The translations under genes were made by a program, and so were the position numbers. 64,000 nt of DNA from Octopus bimaculoides (taxonomy: Eukaryota), in NCBI RefSeq assembly GCF_001194135.2, contig NC_068981.1, forward strand, positions 39,060,709 to 39,124,708, in the 5' to 3' direction. Under the pieces are notes generated by a model. It had not been told where the DNA came from. It did not search any database and was given only the letters and a program-made list of their open reading frames with translations. Below are positions 23,519-36,868 of this stretch, one piece after another (position 1 is the first letter of the stretch; each line of letters starts with the position of its first letter).

Positions 23519-23652
23519 TTAACTATTTGTATTAAGAAATACTTTGGTCATAACCAGTAATTCACAGAAATTTGCTGACTTTTCCACTGTATTCAAATGC
23601 CATAAAAGGAATGAAGCAGAGAAACGTAACTTGCTGTAAACACTATACTTAC

Positions 23653-23698
23653 TCCCATTCGTTTACTCTCAGAGAATCTTTATCGACTGGCAACAGAC
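23653..23698 (-). CDS. candidate small exon LLPVDKDSLRVNEW
   Basis: Minus strand: T-rich tract, AG, a single open frame, donor GA|GTAAGT. No homology recognised. Confidence 0.25.
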
Positions 23699-24399
23699 CT
23701 ATCCTTCCGAAAAAGTAACATAAACAAAGTAAAAATTAAGAAAAACAATCTTATCAGATTCTCCTTTAAACCTTTTCCAATAAACAGTAAAGAGGATATT
23801 AATTTAAAAAATATAGTCACATAATACCAATTTAAAGTAATATTCTAGGTTCTCTTTACATGTTAGCTAGCCTCTTGATTCAAAGCAAAAAAATATTTAA
23901 AAAGTATTATCACAAGAGATTTACAACAATGATTTCTTTCCTTTTCCAAATTCTTCTGAAAACTATATAAAAATTGATGAGAAATAAAGGGATAGAATGG
24001 AAAACAAAAAGAAAAAAATGTAAAAAAAATTACTTCTAAGATCTTGAAAATTGAAATAGGAAGAATGAAGAGATGAAAAAAAATACCAATTTGCATCAAA
24101 GCAATGTTTTCAATAAACCTTTATCAAAATCGAATTTTTTAAAGTTCTAATATTTTGAAGTTTCTTTTTTATGCTTTTATATTTGGATAGCCAAAAATAT
24201 TATCTTTGAAACTTGTTACCATTTCATCCTTACACTAAATGTTAAATATTGTCACATAGTAATGGGTTGGCCACAAAGCACAATAAAGTATGTTCACACC
24301 GAAAGAAAAAATTGTAAAATACTTAACATATAAAGATCACAGTTCAAGACTTGATTTTCTCTCCAATACTGGAGATACTGCAGCTGCAACCACCAATGA

Positions 24400-24830
24400 G
24401 CACTGAAATAGCATATTCTGATAAACTTTGGTTGGTAAAAGTAGAGGCTCCATAGCTAGTTCATTCTTGTGCTGGTCCATTTACACTGAACCAATGATAG
24501 AGTCTCTATGTAGCCACCTGACATATTAGAAATACCTACTAAATCGTCTTCAAAACAAAACCTTACCATCTCAAAATCAAGGACACACTGAACAATGAAT
24601 TCCTTCATATACAAACATAGAGTGGCTGAGGCTCCAATGACGATTTTGATCAAATTTTTCCCCTATGTCAAAGAGGACTTGAACTAAACAATAACAGCAA
24701 CAACGGTAGTCATATAATAAGATTTAATGAAAAAGAAGTTGCCCCAAGTCTTGATAATCATTATATATGACAAAAAATGCATGAAAAAATATTGAATGTG
24801 ATCCCAGAATAAACTGAAGTCTGGTAGATT
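24400..24830 (-). mobile_element. R2-superfamily (RLE) non-LTR remnant, highly degenerate
   Basis: Minus strand PDFSLFWD..IKIVIGASA resembles the PD..D region and PIVIGALG segment, and resembles 39980-40500. Confidence 0.45.
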
Positions 24831-25289
24831 CAGTTCACTTGTAATGCTCTAAGCAATTGATTGATTTCTTTTATATCTTGCTCAGCTTTAGCAGAGTTAA
24901 CAGACTTCATTCAACAACAATTTCAACAAAGTAACAATAAATGAAAATGTTACATAACTTTTACTTTTACATTTATTATCTGAGTTGTATATTTCTATCC
25001 TTACTTTTGAAAATTTCCTCCTGCTTTCCCAATTAGATCAGCTAGTATAACTATACTTACATATATAAATGTTGAACTGTGGAGCACTAAAATAAGAAAT
25101 CTACATATTTAATGAAGAATTCTCAATTCATGTAGGTATAGTTACATGGCTAATAATCTTGTTTCACAACCAAATGTTTCTATACTTCATTTGACAGTGT
25201 AGAACTTCTTCATATGTGTGTGTGTGTGCGTGTATTTATATATATGGTAGATGAAAGATGGAATATACGAGGATTTATTATTAATCACG

Positions 25290-26416
25290 ACAATTGTTTC
25301 AACACATCTAACATCGATTCCTCATGTAAACCATTCATTTTATTATATATATATATAAAGCTATTCAACTTCAAAAAAGGATATAAAGCAGCTGAAACTG
25401 CTTGCAATATCAACAAAATGCTTGGTGAGGAAATGACCAGTGAGTGGTCAGCTCAAAAATGGCTTAAACAATTTTGCAGTAGGGACCTGAGCCATGAAGA
25501 TCGTGAGCATAGTGGATGCCCATCTGTCAACAATGACAGTCAATTAAAGACTGTCATTGAGAAAGATCCATGTAAAACCACTTGAGAACCCATAAAATAA
25601 CTTAAGTTAGCCAAAAAACTGCCTGTAACCATTTGCATGTGATCAGAAAATCAAAAAAGCTCAACAAATCGGTACCATATGATTTGAATGAAAACCAGAA
25701 AATGCACAGATATGAAATTTGCTCATCACTTCTCCAAAACCAGACCGATCCATTTCTCAACCATATTGTAACGTGATGAAAAGTGGATTCTGTACAATAA
25801 TAAAAAAGGTTCTTCACAGTGGTTGAACCAAAATGAAGCACCAAAAACCTTCCCTAAACCTGAGCTCTTCAAAAACAAGGTTACGGTGACTGTTTGGTGG
25901 TGTACTGCTGGACTCATCCACTATAACTTCTTAAAACCCAGAAAAACCATTACTGCAGAAACACATTGCCATGAAATTGCTAAAATGAATGAAAGCCTGC
26001 TACTCCTCCATCTCAGACTGGTCAACAAATGAGGGCCAATCGTTCTTCCTGACAATGCTTGACCACACATTTCACTAATGACACTCCCAGAAGTTGAGGG
26101 GACTTGGCTATAAAGTTCTTTCCCACCCAACTTATTCCGCAGACCTTTTCCTCTACTGGCTACCACTTTTTCAAGCACCTTGATGGTTTCCTGTGAGAGA
26201 AAGAGTTGAAAAATCAAACCGATGCTGAAAGTGTGTTCAAAGAGATCATCAGCTCCAGAACTCCAGATTTTTATGCTACCAGAATAAACAAACTTGTTGG
26301 CAAAAATGTATTGGTTGTCATGGTACTTACTTTGATGAATAAAATTTCTGCATTGTTGAAATATATTGTGATGAATTTCATGTTTCAAAACATTACTTAC
26401 TTTTTACACAGCCTGA
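25290..26416 (+). mobile_element. mariner remnant (cecropia/Hsmar1-like), dead transposase
   Basis: LFNFKKGYKAAETACNINK..REHSGCPS..DPCKTT, DEKWILYNN, KVTVTVWW, PDNA*PH and HPTYSADLFPTGYHFF. The right TIR-like end is ..TTACACAGCCTGA-TA; the left end is unclear. Confidence 0.9.
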
Positions 26417-26599
26417 TATTTCCACAAGGCCAAACATGTTTTTAATAAGGTCTGGAAATGTATGATACCACTTGTATGATAGCAATGCTCAGTTAAATCT
26501 ATCACAGTGTGTCAACACAAGGACACACAAATACACACAAACACACACACACACACACACACAAATATACACGTAAACACACACACACAACACTTACCA

Positions 26600-26718
26600 A
26601 ATCCACTCACAGCCTGGAGCAATAGTAAAAGAGATTCTTGGTCCAAGCTAACTAACAGTGAGATTGAACTCAAAACATGTGGTTGAGAAGCAAACTTCTT
26701 AACTGCACAGATATGCTT
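26600..26718 (-). mobile_element. SINE A head, degenerate
   Basis: GATTGAACTCAAAACATGTGGTTG..GCAAACTTCTTAAC matches the reverse complement of the family A head. Confidence 0.55.
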
Positions 26719-27348
26719 GCACTTACTTATTGTTCTTTTATAATCCACACTTGTTGCTACTTTGGTAAAATGTGTATATAATGTGTATGTATCGTGTACT
26801 ACAATCAATTTGGTATTGTGAAAGAGTGAAATCTATACAACACAACTAATAAACTTAATATACTGAAGTCAACCAAATTTTAAGCTGCACTTTAATGCTG
26901 GAAATGAAAGTGAAAATATGTGTGAAGAATATATTTTGATAAATAAATGTATCCTTATCGTGAGCACACTAGTTTGTTCATATTTCCTTGTATAAGGCTT
27001 AAATTGCAGCTCTTTTCTTTACTGTTGGAACATATTACATTTATCACTAAGGAACATAAGCCTAACATTTTGGGATATCTTTACTGCTATAGCATTAGAC
27101 AGAATATGCGAGGAAACTGTGATTAGATTCATATGACATTTATCATAGTCAAATGCTGTAAAGGAAAGAAAATCCTGTATACATGTACATCCACTCATGC
27201 CAATAAATGCACACATATACATAAATATATGCATGTATGTACACACACTTGTTACATATATATACATGTCTCTTCCTTCACTTCGCTCTTTCCATATACT
27301 TACAAACACACATGCATGCATATACATGATATGCATGTGTGTATATGA

Positions 27349-27391
<43 letters not shown>

Positions 27392-27777
27392 ATATCAGAA
27401 GATTCACTGATGGAAAATTACCATGTTTGAGTGAATTCAATTTTGCCAACTGACACCATACATTTATAACTGCCAGTGTCTTTGACATTCTATCATCTAT
27501 CTTAGGGAAACTTTTAACCTATTACAAACATTGCTAAAGACAGGGAACTTAGAGAGGACAGTAACTTCTAGCTTCTATGATTATCATGATAGAAAGCAAG
27601 TACTATAGATTGAGTAAATTGGGGTACTAAACTGTCTAAAAGTGTCACATGTAAGTGCTAGTCTTCGAGAAATAATAATATATTGTAGAGTATCGTCATA
27701 ATATTGAGTTAATGGTTGCTACATATCGTGTACTGATGTAAATGTGTTCAAAGAATATTGTTCCCTTTATGTTTCAG

Positions 27778-27819
27778 ATAATTCTGTAAAAGTATATTTG
27801 ATAATAACATTCCCTGCAG
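27778..27819 (+). CDS. candidate 42-nt symmetric exon NSVKVYLIITFPA
   Basis: Acceptor TTCCCTTTATGTTTCAG, a single open frame (phase 1-1), donor CAG|GTATGT. Confidence 0.3.
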
Positions 27820-29008
27820 GTATGTATATGACTATTAAATAAACTATACATATTTTGATATTTTATATCACATAGAGAAATATTCTGTATCACAAAGAAA
27901 TGCTGTGTCATATACAAGTTTCACATCCAATATACACTAACGAAATCTTTGTATCTCCCATAAAAGCATTGTTTTCTATTTTAAATTTGGTTTCTTAATG
28001 GTTTAATGCACATGACCTTAGCCTGCTCTCTAAGACCACTGAGACCAACATGGTAATGATCTTGAACATTTGAAGGCTGACAATTGTAGGAAAATTATTA
28101 ACAGAGAGGAAATTCTAAAGAGGAGACTTGGTTGTTCTGAGTAATATGGATTATGCATGATAATTGATACAGGTCCAAAGATGAAGTGAAGTGAGAGCAG
28201 AAGAGAAGAGTAAATTGCATGTGTCTCAATGAAGGTAGCACTTGGACTGGCTGCTTCCATGGGGCAGAAGCACAGCATTACTTATTCATTTGCTCCTTAT
28301 GATTAAATCAAGACATATCTTGAATACTGGAAGTTTATCATTTTTGTTGTGCGATCCACAGTCAACCCTGCTTAAGCACACTAGCAAAAACCATCCAACC
28401 TTTTTTAGGTATATCCCGAACAACATTATCCAACGTTCCTTATAGTTTTTTTTTTACAATAGCATAATGAGGATTGGTGGGAGATCAACTAGAGATCTGT
28501 TTCATAAGGTTTTTTTTTTTTTCGAAATTTTTCATACACTCACTACATGTATGTTAAGCAAAAAAAGGAGTCTACTGTACAACATAGTTTATCACTTATT
28601 TACAACACTTTGTTTATTTAACATCTTTAAGTTCATTATTAGCAAAAGCTACGAATCATAAGAAACAATTTTTCAATCTTCATTAGCAAAAACACTACAA
28701 ATTATGACAAAGGATTCTCAATCTAAAATTAATTTCTTTACTGTAATCTCCATACTCATTCCAAAAACCGTGAGATTTACACCCAAGTTACAGTTGTAGC
28801 AAGCCTTTATTGATGTCATTATGATTTATTGGTAGTGTGGAATATTGAGAAGTTTTTGTTAGAAATTAATTTGAGCAGAAACTCCTCATTAAGGTTTCTA
28901 CTGCATGTTTCTTGTACTATGAGAGGAGCTTTACAGACTAGCTCATAACATTAAAGGTTAAAAGGATAACAATTTAGCACTCATGGCCAACAAGGCACTT
29001 GTCTAATT

Positions 29009-29311
29009 CAGTGGTTCCAAAACTTTATTGGGCTGCCACACTCTTGATACTTGAGCCACATTCCTAGTGCCCTACTCCCCACTCAGCACCACAAACGTAG
29101 ACCACTTTCTGCAACAAATTCAAATCAGCAGTATTTCACAAATAAGACTTAACCTAATTAACCCATTTTGGGGGTGGGTGTGTGGGTTGTTACATTCATT
29201 ACCCCCTTTTGGCCACCCTATTATTGCCCCACTTTTCTTCAACACCCCTCTTGATCTTTCTGCCACCCACAGGGAGTGGGGAGGCAGTACCACCCACTTA
29301 GGGAACCACTG
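29009..29311. mobile_element. hAT-superfamily MITE
   Basis: TIRs CAGTGGTTCC.. / ..GGAACCACTG; 8-bp TSD GTCTAATT / GTTTAATT. Confidence 0.85.
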
Positions 29312-30549
29312 GTTTAATTAACAGTGCTGCAGCCTCTTACAGAGATGAGTTATATATAGGATGGTCACACTTTATTCTTTGTGACCCGAGACATTTGAGA
29401 GTTAAGCCGTGTTTGACATTAATACAACCAATAAAAAATTATGTGCACTATGTAGAGTGAGATCTGAAACAATGATTTGTATATTTATTGTTAATATATT
29501 TCAGTAGATTCAAACACAAGTATTTACTACTCCCCAAAGAAAAGAAAGATATTTCAAGAAATTTAGAATTTATCTTTCAAAATTAATTTTCCAAATGGGG
29601 AAAAGTAAGACTGATCTCACAGATGTGAGACAACTCTGAACATATTTCAGTCAACTAGACTTCCAGTCTACTAGGCTTCATCAGTATAGTATAATCTGCA
29701 TGATTAGTTGAACATATTCAAAAGTTAGAACAATGGAAACTAAAGTACAGAAATAATTATAAAACATTGTCAAGCAATGCGTTTTATAGTAAAAAAAAAT
29801 ATTAACAAATATGCTGGAAATTTTAATAAAACTTTTTTCGACAAATGATTAATGAATGTCATTATTAATAACATTTCTTGGATGATAATTCATTTCTATA
29901 AACTATTCTTGAAAAGACACATCACACACAAAAAAAAAAAGCAGGGAAAAATGATCAAACTATTTTGTCAACATTAAATTAGATAATTATTTTTGTAACA
30001 ACTTTTTCAAATAATGAAATTAAAGTTTTTATGTGGTAATTATCAAGTTTGAGAAAAAAAAAAATTAAATGTTGGACATGGTGCTATATAATATCTCAAA
30101 TTTTGTGTCAACTCTTGAGAATCTGAATTTAACTAATGGTGATAAAATACACACAGACAGACATAATCATGCACACAGTTACACATAAGGTGTTTATGTA
30201 TGCAGGTATGTAGCATATATATATATGTATTGATAGTTAATTTGGTAGAAAGAAAACATATGCAGGTATATATTATTTTAATTAGCCAATTATTTGCACA
30301 TTGTATTAAACTAGAAATTTATAGGAAAGGTGTAAATTTAACTCTCAAGGTATTACTTGTAGTATTTTTAATCATTCTGAATAATAACAGATGAAAATAT
30401 CTTTAGCAATATTTGAAATTAGTAAATGTATGTAAATAGTGCAAGCTATTTTGTCAAACCCTCGACTGAATATGCCTTTCATGAACAATATATCTATATA
30501 TAAGACCGTCTGTTGTTATGTGCATGTGTGTAAGTCATGTGTGAAAGCC

Positions 30550-30599
<50 letters not shown>

Positions 30600-31842
30600 T
30601 CATTTAAACTTTATATCCCCTTTCAATAGTAGCATAAGCTGGGTGGTTCTTCACAATCTGAGCCATTGCTTATTTTGAGCCACTGCTCCTAAAGATTCTA
30701 ATGATGCCTATAATGTGTCTTTTTGTTTGGCCTCTACAACAGGATACCTTTCTTATTACCAACCACTTTACTGAGTGTAGTGGGTGCGTTTCTTTTTTGT
30801 TTTTTTGTTTTTTCTGAAACCAACACTGGAAGAGTTGAATAAACCCTGGCAAGACAGGATTAAAAGGAGCTTTCAGTTTTAAATTTTATCAACTTATCTG
30901 TCATGTGATAGATGTTTTTCATGGCACCCACCCTAGGAAAGCAATTCCACTTACCATTCACTAGTAGAGAGAGTACATTATGTTCCATCATTGCATTGAC
31001 ATGAGTGATGGAGTGCATTCTACTGAATAAATCTGGACGATATTCAGTAATCTAAAGTGCATAGAATGAAGTTGGAATATGAGAAGAAACAATGACATCA
31101 GAAGGGTCAGAGACTGGAAGTTATTTGGTGGGAATAAGAGTGTAAATGTTGAAGGTACTGGAACTAGGAATTGTACATTTATTCTGATGACTTAGGAGTT
31201 GGACAGAAAAAGTGAGAGAGAGTGTGGAGAGAGTGGGGAGGGAGGGAGAGAGAGAAAGAGCGGATTAGACCATCAGGAAACTACCAAGCATTCTTTCAGT
31301 TCTTCTTATGGCTATCGTTGTGTATGGAATACATATGAAAATCAGTGTGTGTGTGTATGTATATGTATGCATATATAGGTAGGGTTGTTTTTTCTCAATT
31401 TGTGTCAGTAATCTATAAAAATAAAGGAGTTTATGAATGCAGAAAGACAGTGAGGACAGTTTAGAGAATTGGGGTAAGCTATAGATTACGGATAATCTAT
31501 AGATTACCAACACATGCTGCACTTAAAAGTTTACTTAAAGAATAATCTCACATTCCAAAAGCTATTATTTAGCATAATAATTAGACAGAATTTTTTGTCA
31601 GGGGTCTCTTAGATTAATAGTTAGAGTGCTCAGCTGGAATTTGAGAGGTGCAGAGTTCAGCTCCCTGTGGAGGCTTACTGTCCACTTTTTCCCATCTTCT
31701 AAAGGGTATTTACCCAATTCTCTAAGCTGTCCTAGCAGCCTTCACAGAATCCTATTTTTTATATATATATAAGTTTTGATTAAACGCTGTGCTTTACAGA
31801 CATACACACACGTGTATGTGTGTGTGTCTGTATATATATATA

Positions 31843-31970
31843 TCATCATCATCATCATCATCATCGTTTAACGTCCGCTTTCCATGCTAGCATGGGTTGG
31901 ACGATTTGACTGAGGACTGGTGAAACCGGATGGCAACACCAGGCTCCAGTCTGATTTGGCAGAGTTTCTA
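31843..31970 (-). mobile_element. RTE-type 3'-tail element (young), inserted in (TA)n
   Basis: The reverse complement is identical to 11662-11770 over about 110 nt. (CAT)n tail, TA repeats on both sides. Confidence 0.9.
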
Positions 31971-32196
31971 TATATATATACTGATATTTGATTTTATGCT
32001 ACGCTAAAAATAATTTTACACTAAACTAAATAAAGGATTACTCAATACTTTTAGTAGAGTACAGATTTATTATTCCTTAACAAGAACATTATCAACAGTG
32101 ACTGTGAAGCTTTGGGTGGCTAAGTCATCAGCAGACTGTCTTATGATGGCTTAGCCAGCTGAAGTAAATGTCAATACTAAATACTATTCTTGTTGA

Positions 32197-32198
<2 letters not shown>

Positions 32199-32240
<42 letters not shown>

Positions 32241-32395
32241 NNNNNNNNNNNNNNNNNNNNNNNNNNNNNNNNNNNNNNNNNNNNNNNNNNNNNNNNNNNN
32301 NNNNNNNNNNNNNNNNNNNNNNNNNNNNNNNNNNNNNNNNNNNNNNNNNNNNNNNNNNNNNNNNNNNNNNNNNNNNNNNNNNNNNNNNNNNNNNN

Positions 32396-32427
<32 letters not shown>

Positions 32428-32430
32428 CAT
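32199..32430. repeat. (CA)n/(TA)n/(TG)n around gap 32241-32395
   Basis: Visible directly. Confidence 0.95.
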
Positions 32431-33372
32431 ACATACATGTAGTCACAAAAACAAAACGTGATACCCAATTATACACCTGAACATGCATAGACATATGAAT
32501 GCAGCCATATAATATAACTAATGCAAGTCATAGAGTGAAGAAAAGCAACATAAAACCTGGATATTTTGATTACTCACAACTTATCCATTTCCTACAGAAT
32601 TCTGTGCCAATTTTTATATACCTTAGTTATTTACAAGAAAAAATAAGAATAAGAACTATGTCAGATTATTTGTATGTCTGCAAGGTTTTATCTGATTGAA
32701 GAATATTATTATTTCCTTTTTCTTTAATCATTTATTTTCTTTTGTTTTTGTTAAATCTTCTTAAAAGCTAAAAGAATTGTTTCTGTCTGCATGGTGTTAG
32801 AGTAGTAGACTATATAACAGGATTTGAGAATTCTTTGCATTACTTTGAATCCTTAAAAATATTCAATAAAATAAGAATCATTCAGAGTAAAAAAGGAAAA
32901 TAACAATAAGTAATGTTCAGGAAAAAATAGTAAGCAAAAAGTTTGAAAAAGGGCTCAAGTATAGAAATACAAAAAGGTCAAAGTAGTTAAAAAAGAAATT
33001 TCTATTTACAATACTGAGGAAATATATGGCTTTGCATACAGCTACATTAATACTTTGTGGCATATATGACCCAATAAATAGGTTTTTGTATTGATGTTTC
33101 CCTGAAACAAAATGAAATTGCAATAATCCCATTTTTATGTTTTACAAAGACATTTATTTATTTAATTTGTTTTGCTTTTAATACTTGTTCACATGGTATA
33201 TGACTCATTTATGCAAACCAAAACTGGAATCATAGATCCTATATTACAAGTATACACTAATGCAATCACTTAAGGAATTCGTTGAATTATAGGATCCAAA
33301 CTAGGGCATCAAATTGAATTCCAGTCTCAGTGAGGAAGTTTTTTTTCTGCCTTTATTTCCTGATGGAAATAG

Positions 33373-33546
33373 GATTACATCGGTGTTTCACTGATTAACA
33401 AATTCCATAATCATTCAGCTGCTGTGATTGAGAAAGAAATAAAATATAGAAGCCACAAAACTGACTTAATTGTCTTAAATTCAAATTCTCATTTACACCA
33501 TGTTGTATCTCCAGATAAAATATATTATTTCACATGTTTCTCCAAA
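33373..33546 (+). CDS. candidate coding exon (58 codons, DYIGVSLINKF..IYYFTCFSK)
   Basis: 174 nt open from an AG to a consensus donor AAA|GTAAGT, phase 0-0. No family recognised. Confidence 0.4.
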
Positions 33547-33929
33547 GTAAGTTTAAATGTAATTCAGAGATCTCTGTGAACCAGAAGGGATTTATAAATC
33601 CAATGATTATCACTGATTTAATACTATTATGTGAATGAGAGATAAATTTCAGGAATCATTTGCAAAAGATATGATACATATCCCTAAAAGATTGTAAATA
33701 CACATATTAACTACGCTGTCCAAATGTACAACACTTTACTAAAATAGATTTGATCTCACAATCCATGAGCAATTAGAATTATATATCATTTGATCATTTC
33801 ATTTCTGCTCTTAAAATTAGACAAGAAGCATTACTTAAATGAAATTAATATCTCATCATATTCAAAATTTCAACTTAGTAACAAAGGATTATTTTATGCT
33901 TCACTGGATGTGCAATGTCAGTGTGCATG

Positions 33930-34705
33930 CACAACAGAGTGTAAACATCTTAAGAGAAATGTTTGGTATGAGATGTGGTGTGCAAGAGAGACAACTGCAC
34001 TGGTATGTGATGTGCATGGATGAAGACAGCTGTGTGAAGAAGTGCCAAGCTTTAATGGTGGAGGGGAACCTGTGGCAGAAGTAGACCTAGGAAGACATGG
34101 GATGAGGTGGTGAAGCATGATCTTCAAACATTGGGCCTCACAGAGGCAATGATAAGTGACTGGGACCTTTGGCAATGGGCCGTGCTTGAGAAGACCTGTC
34201 AAGTCAAGTGAAATCGTAGTCATGGCAGATGCCAGTGCTGTGTAACTGGCATCCAAGATGGTAGCGTGTAAAAAGCACCCTTCAAACATTAGGCAATATG
34301 CCATCAGCTTGAAAAGACCCATCAAACTATGTAAAATCGTAATCATGGCTGATACCAGTGTCACAGAACTGGCACCCAAGTTGGTATCACATAAAAAGCA
34401 GTGACAAGTGACCAAGACCTTTGGTGATATACCACACTTGAGAAGGCCTCTCAAGCAAAGTGAGATCGTAGTTGTGGCCAATGCCAGTGTTTCAATGCTG
34501 GCACCCATGCTGGTGGCATGTAAAAAGCACCCACTACACCCTTGAAGTGGTTGGCCTAAGGAAAGACATCCAGCTGAAGAAACCATGCCAAATCAGATTG
34601 GAACCTGGTGCAGCTCCCCAGCTTATCAGTTTTCAGTCAAACCGTCCAACCCACACCAGCATGGTAAAAGTACTTTAAATGACGACGACGACGACGATGA
34701 TGAAC
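33930..34705 (+). mobile_element. RTE LINE 3' end: ORF C-terminus, tandem 3'-UTR modules and conserved tail
   Basis: RQLHWY..MDEDSCVKKCQ..SRPRKTWDEVVKHDLQTLGLTEAM..AVLEKTCQVK*, then three diverged modules of about 120 bp, then the tail ending in (GAC/GAT)n. Confidence 0.85.
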
Positions 34706-34959
34706 GTTTTTGTCTCTAAATTTTATTAGAATATATTTGGCTTTCCTACTCTATATCACAAAAAAATGAAGAACTATGATTAAAAATTGTAGCAGGACAT
34801 TTCTGCCCCTCTGTAACTTTCAACATTCAGCAGCAATGATTGTCATCGTTTGCTAATGCAGATGTAGACTATCATATTTCTGTACTTGATAGTGACTGAT
34901 TTCATTATGCAGAAACAATGTATAGCACCAGTTTTGCAATAATGTGGTGACTGGGCAAG

Positions 34960-35760
34960 CTGAGAGATTTGGATGTTGCAGACTAACTGGTATTACCAAG
35001 TTCTGAGAGAGATACACTATAAACCTATACAGTTCGGAAGCAAAAGCAGATCTACAAATTAATGCCAAAAAGGCCAAAGCCATGTCAATTGGTAGAAACC
35101 CAAGTACAACCTGTCAAACTCAGACCAGATGAAATTGAGTACAGCAATAAGTTTAAATATTCCAGAAGCCGTATTTCCAATGAGGATAATGCAGAAGTTA
35201 AAGTCAAGACCAGAATAGGTAAAGCAGCTGCAGTATGCCAACACTTTTACCCAATATGGTGATCAAAGACCATCAGTAAGGATATTAAGCTGCAGCTATA
35301 CACATATTTTGTCATACAAACAGCCATCAATGCCTGTGCATCCTGAAAGAAGGCAGCGAAGATTGCACAATTGCTGGATGTGTTCCATCAACACTGCCCA
35401 CATTCTACAATCCTAGGCATTGTTACTGAGACATTGTGAGAAATGAAGAGGTGATGAGAAAAGTTAATATTGGAATTTTGTAAGATACAGTGACTAAACA
35501 ATGGATATGATTCACTGGCTATGTGTTTCAATTACTACATGAGAGATATGCTGTCATCAGAATGAAAAGGATGTTGGGAAGAGGAAAACGACCAAGTGGA
35601 AAACCAGGGAAGACGTGATACAGTACATTCCAGGATGACATAATAACAGTGGGAGTTGGACCAAGTGGAGCTAAGAGGTAAGTAAACAATAGGGATGCTT
35701 TTGAGGAGGCTTGTTGCCTGTTAACCTGACACCTTTGGAGGATTTAAGAGCTAACATAGG
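34960..35760 (+). mobile_element. RTE LINE 3' remnant, second family
   Basis: LQINAKKAK..SRISNEDNAEVKVKTRIGKAAAV..IKLQLY..LDVFH..RNEEV..GKPGKT are RT thumb and C-terminal motifs, with many lesions. Confidence 0.8.
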
Positions 35761-36786
35761 TTGTTTAATGTTTCTATTACAATTTTGGAAATCTTTCCTT
35801 TATCAAATATAATAGAAAATAATTCAAGTATCTGAAATAAAAGTGTTATTATCAGTAGGCCTATGTAAGGTAATACATTTTGTCTGTCTTTATTTATTGG
35901 CATTATTTTACATCTTTTTGCATAACTTATTATTTGTATTGCTTAAAGTTCTTAAATACTTCTATTGTTTACAGAGTGGAATCTTTCAAGCAAGTTACAG
36001 TATTTTTTACATAATAATTTCTTATAATAATTTTTAGCCTATGGCAAAAAGTTTACAAGAGAAGAGTATAATTGAATGAACTAACCTTACTACATCTCTG
36101 TACCTATGTTAACCCTGAAACATGTAAAAGCAAGGTTGTCTTTGGCAGGATTTGATTGAAGAACATAGAGACAAAATTAAATACTGCTCTATAATTTCTA
36201 GCATAAAAATCTGCTAGAAAAATAACATGAGCACAGAGCAACAAATTTGTGGCTCTAAATGAAATCAAAACTAGTTTTTGAGTGGTGCTCTATTACTTCA
36301 GGATGGATATTCATTCCATAAATGTCTTTCTCTAAATTCTGCAAGGTATTTTGTATGATGTTCTAACAATTCTGACAATCCTCATCAAAATAATATTTAT
36401 AACTGAAAGGTCATGAAGGAATCCATTAAAGGACAAAGCCAGATAAATAAAGCATTTTATGTAACCGATTTCAAATCTTATGTAAATTATGATTCATTGT
36501 TTTCAAAGGATGTTAATCATTTGAATGAAATCAAATTTTTCTTTTCCAGTATCCACCGTTTCAATATTGTAAATATACAGAGAGAAATAATTCCATACTT
36601 TTAGTATGTTCTACATTATAATATTGTATTAATCTCTCATATGAATAAATATCACCAGTGTTGTTGAAAAAAATCAGAAGTTCTTAAGACTGTTTTTGTT
36701 TGGTGGCTGCTACAAATTCAACCAGCTTCTATTTATTCACATTTCATAGCTATACAGTATTGTCCATTCAATCATCTTGTTGTCAG

Positions 36787-36868
36787 GTGGATGCATCTGA
36801 TGTGGTTATGTTTGCTACTTTAAAACAAGCTGGTCAACCAGTAACTTTCAGGTCAAAGATGTTTACAG
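36787..36868 (+). CDS. candidate coding exon VDASDVVMFATLKQAGQPVTFRSKMFT
   Basis: Acceptor TCTTGTTGTCAG, open frame, donor CAG|GTAATG, locally higher GC. Phase-compatible with 33373-33546 upstream and with an AG at 37097 downstream. Confidence 0.45.

Noticed and set aside
29650-29690. Minus-strand CTGATGAAGCC..GGAAG motif
   Set aside because: It lacks GAAA and convincing helices I and III; too degenerate to call.
31180-31215. CTGATGA..GAAA on the plus strand; similar chance hits at 35.55, 37.62 and 61.69 kb
   Set aside because: No complementary helix II; expected by chance in AT-rich DNA.
34190-34520. Regularly spaced repeats here and at 42550-42670 and 43800-43880 that might suggest a CRISPR-like array
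   Set aside because: They are diverged tandem modules without unique spacers in a eukaryotic retroelement context, with no cas genes.
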